A stretch of 64,000 nt of DNA, from contig JACPES010000003.1 in assembly GCA_016183365.1 (NCBI GenBank), forward strand, positions 13,726 to 77,725, in the 5' to 3' direction. Positions 18,130 to 25,166 of the stretch are shown piece by piece. The position numbers and the translations under genes are program-made. The notes beneath the pieces are model-generated. The model was not told the DNA's origin. It searched no databases and worked only from the letters and a program-made list of their open reading frames with translations. Within the stretch, counting starts at the first letter, position 1. Each line of letters opens with the position of its first letter. This stretch comes from Candidatus Collierbacteria bacterium (GTDB lineage: Bacteria; Patescibacteriota; Microgenomatia; UBA1400; JACPES01).

Positions 18130-19245
18130 TTATCTTTCCATTCCAGCTAAAATGTCCACCATTGCCCTCTTAACATTTGTCTCGTTAGGCTGAGCGATTA
18201 GCTTTCCTCCAAGATTTGCTTCAACCGTTACATAGAGACCTAATTTACCATCAGTTTTCATCGTACTAAAACGAATGGCAAAAGTATCCCGGGAAGACTC
18301 TGGTAGATAAAATTCATCTCCTTCTTTGGCCGGATAAGAAAATCCAAAACATTTCTCTGCTAAATACTTAAAACACCTTTTTTGTGTAATCTCAATTGCG
18401 ATTTCATCTCTAAGACTAATGACGTTTTCAGGTGGGGTGTTGACAATAATATGCTGAGATAGTTCTTTCCCTGTATCTAAGAACGACATCGGCTGGCCAC
18501 AAAACGCCGTAATAGACAAGGTTGGCACCCCCTTGTTAACTCCTATGGCCTTTGCGGCTAAACGGTAAGGTGGCTTACTATCCATATCTTCGATAAAAAA
18601 ACCTTTCCCTGCAAATCTATTCGAACCATCGCTTGTTAGATAATTAGTCGACTCCGATATTAATTGCGGAACGTGTAATCTCTCTAAGGAATCAACTGAT
18701 TCTCTGCACATGGGCGAGTCTGCGCTAATTTTTTTTAATTTATTACTAATTATCTCCGGGCGTAACTGCGCCAAGGCTTCTTCTTGTTCTTTTTTCTTCT
18801 TCGCTTCAGCTTCACCCTCTCGCGTACTTCTCAATGCTTGCACCTCATCTATTAGAGATATTAGAGATGGCTCCGTTCCTATGCCAGCGAGGGGGATGGT
18901 CACCTCAGGTATTACTTGTTGTTTGCGTACGCGGATTTCTTCTAGTCTAGCCCTATAATCAGCAAGTAAAATATCTGCTCCTTGAACTTTCACCGTCTTA
19001 ACGCCGCGTTGTGTTTGCTCATCAGCCCACTGAAGAAATTTATTTGTTTGATCTGCTCCCGCCGTTTCGACTTTACCAAAGTAATCAGCAAATGGATCAT
19101 CTCCGCCGCCCATCGCTTTCGGATTAAAACCAATCTCGACGCCCGCAGCGGTAAGTCTAGCGAGCGCTTCAATTCCGGCAGCAGAACCGGAGCCAAGGTA
19201 GGGAAGATTTTCTTCTAATCTTTTCACTTTATACGAGTATATCAA
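18130..19245 (-). CDS. Hypothetical protein (371 aa), first gene of the operon
   Basis: Starts at a TTG at 19245. Its 5' region (19248-19294) is near-identical to 20716-20762. Confidence 0.45.
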   Translation of the reverse strand: MIYSYKVKRLEENLPYLGSGSAAGIEALARLTAAGVEIGFNPKAMGGGDDPFADYFGKVETAGADQTNKFLQWADEQTQRGVKTVKVQGADILLADYRARLEEIRVRKQQVIPEVTIPLAGIGTEPSLISLIDEVQALRSTREGEAEAKKKKEQEEALAQLRPEIISNKLKKISADSPMCRESVDSLERLHVPQLISESTNYLTSDGSNRFAGKGFFIEDMDSKPPYRLAAKAIGVNKGVPTLSITAFCGQPMSFLDTGKELSQHIIVNTPPENVISLRDEIAIEITQKRCFKYLAEKCFGFSYPAKEGDEFYLPESSRDTFAIRFSTMKTDGKLGLYVTVEANLGGKLIAQPNETNVKRAMVDILAGMER

Positions 19246-19247
19246 AC

Positions 19248-19294
19248 GAAGTCAAGTTTTGAAGTCCAAAAGCATTTTCGCCGTCCCGCCTCCG
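19248..19294. repeat. 47-nt shared 5' leader repeat, copy 1 (start of gene 18130..19245)
   Basis: TATATCAAACGAAGTCAAGTTTTGAAGTCCAAAAGCATTTTCGCCG matches 20716-20762 with 2-3 mismatches. On the coding (minus) strand it reads ...GCTTTTGGACTTCAAAACTTGACTTCGTTTGATATA and includes the TTG start. Confidence 0.6.
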
Positions 19295-19503
19295 ACCGAC
19301 TTCCCAAAAACGGCAATCTCCCCGCCCCGATCTCGGTCGCCTGCCTCCCTTCCGACAGCATCCCCGGTGTTGCTCCTTGTTCTATCTTTGACATATTATC
19401 CATAGGGCAGAAAAATCTTGACAACAATTATATCTTATGGTACATTATCCTTGTTCGTGACCCGCAAGGGTTGTGCGGATAAGACTTAAGCCGCAAGCGA
19501 GTT

Positions 19504-19731
19504 TTATTTCTTCAATCGCAGAAAATCCTCCACCGTCAATCTTGCTCTCTTAATTTGAGATCTAAGCAATCCCGGGGCTAATTCTTTATGATCTGGAATC
19601 GATAAAATCGGAAAACCCGGAGTCGGATGTTCTAAAATGATGTGACTCCCTGCCTGGCGCGCTCGACAATAACCTACTTTCTCAAAACGTTTGACCGCTT
19701 CTCTGCCGGAAATATTGCTTAATTGACCCAT
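19504..19731 (-). CDS. hicA: HicA-family toxin, intact
   Basis: QAGSHIILEHPTPGFPILSIPDHKELAPGLLRSQIKRARLTVEDF matches the HicA/YcfA family. Its start lies 4 nt after the hicB stop. Confidence 0.8.
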   Translation of the reverse strand: MGQLSNISGREAVKRFEKVGYCRARQAGSHIILEHPTPGFPILSIPDHKELAPGLLRSQIKRARLTVEDFLRLKK

Positions 19732-19734
19732 GCA

Positions 19735-19962
19735 TCAAATGGCGACTTGAATTCTGGTAAAACCGAGGTCTCCCACCGGAAACGTTTTTTCTGATTTTTT
19801 CTCCAGAACCTTCATGTAACCGTTAACCGCCTCTTTAATATTCTTAATCGCCTCCCGCTTGGTTTTCCCTTGAGACATGCAGCCGGGAAGACTGGGTATA
19901 TCAATTACGTATCCACCATATTCCAAATCATATTCAATATAAGCCTGAAATGATTTTTTCAT
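19735..19962 (-). CDS. hicB: HicB-family antitoxin
   Basis: YVIDIPSLPGCMSQGKTKREAIKNIKEAVNGYM is a UPF0150/HicB signature. Confidence 0.8.
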   Translation of the reverse strand: MKKSFQAYIEYDLEYGGYVIDIPSLPGCMSQGKTKREAIKNIKEAVNGYMKVLEKKSEKTFPVGDLGFTRIQVAI

Positions 19963-20039
19963 GGTTTAATCATATCATAATTTCAACCTTCATCTTCTGC
20001 CCCCGAATTCTCTTCCGCCCCCAACGCCGCTTGGCTGCC

Positions 20040-20105
20040 TACTGATAAAAGTTCTGATGATTTCATTTCTCCGTCAGGCATTAGGGAGATTATAGCAACG
20101 ATAGT
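20040..20105 (+). repeat. About 65-nt element upstream of a hicB gene, copy 1
   Basis: CTGATAAAAGTTCTGATGATTTCATTTCTCCGTCAGGCATTAGGGAGATTATAGCAACGATAGTC, compared with 21553-21618. The AGATTATAGCAA motif also occurs at 17481. Confidence 0.45.
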
Positions 20106-20274
20106 CTATTCCACGCAAAATCAATTTGAATTATGCTTTCAGGAACCAAATAGTGTCGTTAGCTCCTATAAAGATTACTTAAGTGGATTCTGGTAGTGGT
20201 GCCGTCAGTTCGTTTTCGTCGAGCTAGACGAAGAACTTCACGTCGGCAACGGCAAATTTATTACTTTCGTATTC

Positions 20275-20733
20275 CTATATAGCCGCATCAGTCCATTGGT
20301 TTTCTCTGATTACCTTTAACACTCTTTGGGGTCCACCTCTAGCCTTTACCCACTTTTCGATAGAGCCCTTAGTCCTCTCTGCTCTTTCTATTTCCTCCCA
20401 AGAGAGAGGAAGAGGAGCAACAAATGGTTCGTCGCCTGCGCCCATGTCGATTAATTCCTCTTGCTTGAAGTTACAAGTCGTTGGAATATATTGTTTCCAA
20501 CTAATTTTAACTGGAGGGGAAATTGCCTCGCGTAACCGAGACAACATCCATGTTGCTGTCTCGTCAGATACTCTTCCTGCCTTAACTTCTCCGTCTAAGT
20601 ATAAGAGGAATATTTTTGCAGGTAAACGAGAATTGGAATCAGGTTGCCAAATCTGATTTCCAAAAGAATCTAATGGATTAAATGTTTCACCTAGTGGCAT
20701 AGATATTACTATAACTATATCAAACGAAGTCAA
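20275..20733 (-). CDS. Hypothetical protein (152 aa)
   Basis: Starts at a TTG at 20733. It shares its 47-nt 5' leader and first codons with gene 18130..19245. Confidence 0.4.
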   Translation of the reverse strand: MTSFDIVIVISMPLGETFNPLDSFGNQIWQPDSNSRLPAKIFLLYLDGEVKAGRVSDETATWMLSRLREAISPPVKISWKQYIPTTCNFKQEELIDMGAGDEPFVAPLPLSWEEIERAERTKGSIEKWVKARGGPQRVLKVIRENQWTDAAI

Positions 20734-20762
20734 GTTTTGGGGTCCAAAAGCATTTTCGCCGC
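20716..20762. repeat. 47-nt shared 5' leader repeat, copy 2 (start of gene 20275..20733)
   Basis: TATATCAAACGAAGTCAAGTTTTGGGGTCCAAAAGCATTTTCGCCG. Confidence 0.6.
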
Positions 20763-20926
20763 CTCGCCGGCAACCGACAGCGGTTACAAAATGTTTCCAC
20801 CGCGCCCCTCGCGCCCTGCCCGCTCGCCCGCATTCAGCTCTGCTGATTGAGGCGTCGCCGCCAACGCCGCCATTCCTTGTCCCGGTTGCAGTTCTTTCAT
20901 ATCATTTTCACTCATAGGCAGCTCAT

Positions 20927-20955
20927 TGACAATTTTAACCTCTCGTGTTATATTA
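20927..20955 (+). promoter_or_regulatory. Sigma70-like promoter motif (TTGACA, 17-nt spacer, TATATT)
   Basis: TTGACA at 20927-20932, a 17-nt spacer, then TATATT at 20950-20955. Confidence 0.3.
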
Positions 20956-20966
20956 TATCCAATCAC

Positions 20967-20998
20967 GCCCCGCCGAAAGGCGGGGGCATTTTTTTTAT
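20967..20998 (+). terminator. Rho-independent terminator hairpin
   Basis: GCCCCGCCGAAAGGCGGGGGC followed by ATTTTTTTTAT. It overlaps the 3' end of the NYN gene on the opposite strand. Confidence 0.5.
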
Positions 20999-21540
20999 CC
21001 GGTTAATTTAACTCCTGACTGTTTCTCAAGTTTCTCGATAGAAATCTTATAAATTCCCCTGTTCATTCGATAAATCTCTCGTCCTAAATGTCCGTGCATG
21101 TAAACCACAATTACTTGCTTCTGTTTACCAATCAGCAGTTTATACAACGGCTCAAAGTCCCCATCTCCGGTAAAGAAAATAAATCCCTCAACCCCGTCTG
21201 CTAAATCCTTATGAACGTCAATACACGTCTCCATGTCAAAATCGCACTTGCGAAATTTGAATTTCCTTTTGGTAGTTTCGTCAAAAACCGTAATATATTT
21301 CACCGGTTTCGTCGTCACTTGAAAACTAATATTTTTCGCTTGGCGGATAAACGCTTTTGACTTCGGATGTTTATCTGTGCCAAAATAGAGATTAATTTTC
21401 CCGATTTGGGAATAAGTTTTCAAGTGAGCAAACAGCTTTTCCGGATCAACTTCCCGTTTTAAAGATTTACTCCACCCGTGGATATTCGCCCAATCAAGAT
21501 AGACAACTCAATTCCCTCGAAGTTTTAAAGCTTTAATCAT
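20995..21540 (-). pseudogene. NYN-domain protein with an in-frame TGA after codon 10
   Basis: Translation gives MIKALKLRGN-TGA-VVYLDWANIHGWSKSLKREVDPEKLFAHLKTYSQIGKINLYFG...GDGDFEPL, an NYN/LabA-type domain. The TGA at 21508-21510 is in frame. The ORF-track call begins only at the internal TTG at 21423. Confidence 0.45.
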
Positions 21541-21552
21541 ATCTTAATTCCC

Positions 21553-21618
21553 GCTGATAAAGTTCTGCTGATTTCATTTCTCCGTCGGGCAATTAAACAG
21601 ATTATAGCAATTAGCGTG
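21553..21618 (+). repeat. About 65-nt element upstream of a hicB gene, copy 2
   Basis: CTGATAAAGTTCTGCTGATTTCATTTCTCCGTCGGGCAATTAAACAGATTATAGCAATTAGCGTGC. It ends 14 nt before the hicB ATG at 21632. Confidence 0.45.
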
Positions 21619-21631
21619 CTATAGTAAACAC

Positions 21632-21889
21632 ATGAAGAAAACTGTTAAAGAACTTCAATTCAAGGTCATCATCGAACAAGACGCAGACAGCTGGTATGTG
21701 GCTTCGGTTCCGGAATTGGAGGGTTGCTACACCCAAGGGAAAACCGTCGAACAAGTTAGAGAGAGAATCAAAGAAGTTATCAAGCTGGTTTTAGAAACAG
21801 ATAAAACCGCGGTTAAAGCAAAACTTCAACATCCGATCTCAATACCGAGTTTTCTGGGAATTGAAGACGTCTCCGTTCAATATGCCTAA
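21632..21889 (+). CDS. hicB: HicB-family antitoxin
   Basis: KVIIEQDADSWYVASVPELEGCYTQGKTVEQVRERIKEVIKLVLE. Its stop overlaps the hicA ATG (ATGCCTAA). Confidence 0.75.
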   Translation: MKKTVKELQFKVIIEQDADSWYVASVPELEGCYTQGKTVEQVRERIKEVIKLVLETDKTAVKAKLQHPISIPSFLGIEDVSVQYA

Positions 21890-22105
21890 GCTTAGCCAAT
21901 CAGGGGCAAAGATTTAATTAAAATTTTAGAAAAACAGGGGTTTGTCCAGATTCGCCAACGCGGCAGTCACGCTAGGCTTGTCCATTCAGATGGCAGAAAG
22001 ACTAGCGTACCAATCCATTCTGGAGAAAAAGTCCATCTGGGATTATTGAGGAAAATTCTGCGCGACGCCGGCTTTTCTCCCGAAGAATTCAATCGGCTTC
22101 AATAA
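21882..22105 (+). pseudogene. hicA: HicA toxin disrupted by a frameshift
   Basis: Frame 0 reads MPKLSQSGAKI and stops at 21915. The +2 frame from 21896 reads PIRGKDLIKILEKQGFVQIRQRGSHARLVHSDGRKTSVPIHSGEKVHLGLLRKILRDAGFSPEEFNRLQ, a full HicA. The break is a single-base indel near 21893-21898. Confidence 0.65.
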
Positions 22106-22336
22106 ATAAATTGAATCCTACTGCCCGTCAGATAAAACCACAAACACCCGCCGTCTTCAATTACTTCAATTATTTAAATAATTGAAGTCCCAACCAATTT
22201 ATATAAAACAACTATCATTAACCGGAAATTTCTTAATCCATCAATCATGTAAATTGACTAAGCTATAGCTTAGTCAATTTACAACATAACCTTCAAACCT
22301 GGTAGCCTTTTTAACCTTTAACCTGTTAGCCTGTTC

Positions 22337-22960
22337 TTAATATCTCTTCCCTTTTTTCTTCGGTACGAAGGGCAAAAGAGATTCGATATCTTTGGGCTGT
22401 TTTTTGTAAAGGAACAGAATTTTTTCAATGTAATTCCCCAAATCGCGGTAAAAATAGGCATTTTGGATTTCGACGTCGTCATCGGTAACCAGCCTTTCGG
22501 TCTTTGACACTTCCGGTGTCGCAATCGTAGTTTTGGCATGAACTACCACCGAACCGATCATCAGTTGCTTCCAAATCATGTTCGGAGCGTAGGTTTTGAC
22601 CTTGACCGCTTCCTCCCAATTCAGGCTCCGAATGTTCGTGGCAAACGGAGTTGAAACTTCAAACTTCACTACTCGCCGATCCGTGATATAAGCAATGTTT
22701 TTGAGTCTTGCGTTCCCGACCACCCAAAAGCCAATTGCCGTGATCGCCCCGGCAATGATTCCGCCGCCAACGCCAAATTGGCCCGCGTATTTTTGCATCA
22801 ATCCCTGCCCGCCGATTATCACTGCGATAAAAAACACGATCGCGGCTCCGGCCAGAAATTTTCCGAACAGAATCGTTTGCGACAGCCAATGCGACCGAAC
22901 AACGTACAAAATCCGTTCATCTGTTTGCTGGCCGTAGAAACTCGAATCAGTATTCAACAT
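22337..22960 (-). CDS. Membrane protein with a bacterial PH (YdbS/YdbT-like) domain
   Basis: Two TM helices (FLAGAAIVFFIAVIIGG and GIIAGAITAIGFWVVG) followed by a PH-like segment (YITDRRVVKFEVSTPFATNIRSLNWEEAVKVK). Confidence 0.45.
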   Translation of the reverse strand: MLNTDSSFYGQQTDERILYVVRSHWLSQTILFGKFLAGAAIVFFIAVIIGGQGLMQKYAGQFGVGGGIIAGAITAIGFWVVGNARLKNIAYITDRRVVKFEVSTPFATNIRSLNWEEAVKVKTYAPNMIWKQLMIGSVVVHAKTTIATPEVSKTERLVTDDDVEIQNAYFYRDLGNYIEKILFLYKKQPKDIESLLPFVPKKKGKRY

Positions 22961-22974
22961 AAGTATATGATAAC

Positions 22975-23060
22975 AAAAGGTTAAAAGGCTAACAGGCTAA
23001 AAGGTTAAAAAGGTTAACGGGTTAGAAAGGTTAGAAAAATTAAAAAGTTGAAAAGGCTGA
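22975..23060. repeat. Degenerate AAAGGTT/AAAGGCT tandem array (left flank of the four-helix-bundle gene)
   Basis: GGTTAAAAGGCTAACAGGCTAAAAGGTTAAAAAGGTTAACGGGTTAGAAAGGTTAGAAAAATTAAAAAGTTGAAAAGGCTGAAAA. The reverse complement of this array recurs at 23462-23570, 22290-22335 and 37093-37140. Confidence 0.6.
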
Positions 23061-23458
23061 AAATACAACAAACCATGCAAACCAATAAAGGATATTTTAG
23101 TATTGAGGACACCGGCACGTATAAATTAGCGCATAAAGCTGGAGCAATTGTATGGAACGAAGTCCAAAAATGGTCATGGTTGGCCAAACGAACCTTAGGG
23201 GCTCAATGGATTAATTCAACTGATTCCGTTTCTGCAAATTTAGTAGAAGGTTTCGGAAGATTCCATAAAAAGGATCGCGTTAAGTTCTACTATAACGCCA
23301 AAGGATCAGCATTAGAAAGCCTCGAATGGGCGCGAAAAGCAATAGAAAGAAAGTTAATCGACGAATCAAAGGCAAAAGAAATTATTGCAATCCTAGAACA
23401 GCTTCCTCGAGAGATAAATTTTCAGATAAAATATTCTATGGAGAAATTAAAGAAGTAA
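23048..23458 (+). CDS. Four-helix-bundle protein (23S rRNA intervening-sequence protein family)
   Basis: Signature WINSTDSVSANLVEGFGRFHKKDRVKFYYNAKGSALESLEWARKAIERKLI. Flanked by inverted arrays of AAAGGTT-type repeats (22975-23060 and 23462-23570). Confidence 0.65.
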   Translation: MKRLKIQQTMQTNKGYFSIEDTGTYKLAHKAGAIVWNEVQKWSWLAKRTLGAQWINSTDSVSANLVEGFGRFHKKDRVKFYYNAKGSALESLEWARKAIERKLIDESKAKEIIAILEQLPREINFQIKYSMEKLKK

Positions 23459-23559
23459 TTTTATTTTTTGAGCCTTTTCAACCTTTCTATCCTTCTAACT
23501 TTTCGGTTTTCTTTTTTAACCTTTTTGGCCTTTCCAGCCTTTTTAACCTTCTGACCTTT

Positions 23560-23862
23560 TTATCCTGCCTTCAAATACCCGTCCGCAAAGGCTTCCTGTG
23601 CCCGTTGCACGAGTTGGTCAATTGTCATTCCCGTCCTCTCCGCGAACAGCTCTTCCATCCGCTTTTTGGCCTGCTCCTCATCACCAATCGCTTCCACTTC
23701 TTTCATATCCTCTTCCGTCAAACTCGTCATTAAAGCCGCGTACACGTCCAAGGCCGACAATTTCGCCACCCCGGACAACAACTGCCCGACCTCTTCGTCG
23801 GTCTTTCCCTCGGTTTTAAGTTTGGCAAGCCAATCAGAAAAGACTGTTGTTGGTTGATTCAT
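23560..23862 (-). CDS. Small acidic helical protein (100 aa)
   Basis: Intact ORF, last gene of a 3-gene operon that overlaps the upstream gene by 4 nt. Confidence 0.4.
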   Translation of the reverse strand: MNQPTTVFSDWLAKLKTEGKTDEEVGQLLSGVAKLSALDVYAALMTSLTEEDMKEVEAIGDEEQAKKRMEELFAERTGMTIDQLVQRAQEAFADGYLKAG

Positions 23863-25166
23863 TTTATTACCGGCCCAATGACATTATTAAGCAAATTACT
23901 AGCAGCTTCAAGATCTCCCATATTCGCAGCCCGAATCGCTTGAGCTTCCGGACTATTAAAACCTCTCAAGGCTTCAACCGCTGCTCGTCCACCTTCAGTA
24001 TAAGTCGCTCCGCTGCCAGTCACCACTTTATCAATATTATCGAAAATCGGCCGCAGAGCGTCAGCTGCTGCTTTAATTGCTCCTTGGTTGAGATTATTAA
24101 CCTTATCTCCAATAGCCCTGAAAAGAACATTTGTTACTTCTCCGCGATGCGGGACATTTCCAATCATTTGATAAATCGCTTCTGAAATCGTGTGTTTTGG
24201 CATATTGGCCGCCAATTCCGCCACCGTCGGCCCCTGTTGCAGGGCTGCTATCCTCGCCACCTCGGCGGTTTGGGCAGCAGCTTGAGCCGCAGCTCCCTGG
24301 GCAGCTTCTGCCATTTCTCTCGCCTGTGGAGAAAGAACTACCGGCGACTGTGGCAAATTCGCGTCCGAAACCCTGTGATAATAATCTCCAATTTCGTTAC
24401 CGCCGTGGACAGGCATCGCAGGTGTCGGACCGCCGGGACCCTCTCCCGAACCACCACCTATCACTGCCGGCTGGGCGGCGGCATGTGCCTGAAACAAGCG
24501 GTCTAACCCTTCAGCGCCAACAATCCCAATCCCGGCCGAAGCGGATATTTGGGCAATTAACAATCCCGTTCCCCTTCTGGCCGCTGCTTCACGCGCCAAA
24601 CCGGCAAAGCGGGGATGAATCCTCTCGGCTTGTGATAATACCTCAAGAAATCCTTCTGCCAAAAACCCGCCGATCATTCCGCCGCCAACAAATAATTTCA
24701 GCGCCTGATGCAACTGCGGAACAGTTTCCCACAAGATTCCGGAAAATATCGCTGGTCCGAGCATCAGCGCTCCCTCTTTGGCCGCATTTTTCCAATCCAC
24801 ATCTCTTAACCAACCTACCAATCTATTTTGAATTCTTTCTTCAACTTCCTCTTCTGATTCACCGGCCGGAGAAATTATCACTTCTCCCATCGCCTCTTCC
24901 GCCGTCGGTTCGTCTAAAACCGGTTTTTCCTGAAGTTGCACGGACGGAAAAACTTCTTCTGCTCCGGCCGGCTCAAAAGTTAAACTATTCAAGCTCGCCA
25001 AAACCCCGCTTATATCCCATGCTCTGAAACTGTTCATTTCATCCGCGGACAAATCCGCAACCGACAGCCTTCTCGACTCTGCTGTCGGAACAAAATCCAA
25101 ACCTGCTCTTGCTTCCTGAAGACTTAATCCATCAAGTTGGGCCAACGCTTCCGGAGATAGGCTCAT
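23859..25166 (-). CDS. Ala/Gly-rich hypothetical protein (435 aa)
   Basis: Low-complexity A/G/E-rich protein with no signal peptide. Overlaps both neighbours by 4 nt. Confidence 0.4.
   Translation of the reverse strand: MSLSPEALAQLDGLSLQEARAGLDFVPTAESRRLSVADLSADEMNSFRAWDISGVLASLNSLTFEPAGAEEVFPSVQLQEKPVLDEPTAEEAMGEVIISPAGESEEEVEERIQNRLVGWLRDVDWKNAAKEGALMLGPAIFSGILWETVPQLHQALKLFVGGGMIGGFLAEGFLEVLSQAERIHPRFAGLAREAAARRGTGLLIAQISASAGIGIVGAEGLDRLFQAHAAAQPAVIGGGSGEGPGGPTPAMPVHGGNEIGDYYHRVSDANLPQSPVVLSPQAREMAEAAQGAAAQAAAQTAEVARIAALQQGPTVAELAANMPKHTISEAIYQMIGNVPHRGEVTNVLFRAIGDKVNNLNQGAIKAAADALRPIFDNIDKVVTGSGATYTEGGRAAVEALRGFNSPEAQAIRAANMGDLEAASNLLNNVIGPVIK

Noticed and set aside
23326-23733. 135-aa ORF spanning the AAAGGTT repeat array downstream of the four-helix-bundle gene
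   Set aside because: Most of it is translation of the degenerate tandem repeat (FFFNLFGLSSLFNLLTFLS), and it overlaps gene 23560..23862 on the other strand.
24131-25027. 298-aa plus-strand ORF antisense to the Ala/Gly-rich gene
   Set aside because: Its Pro/Arg/Ser-rich translation is the typical antisense artefact of a GC-rich Ala/Gly-coding region. The minus-strand gene, with 4-nt overlaps to its neighbours, is the coherent reading.
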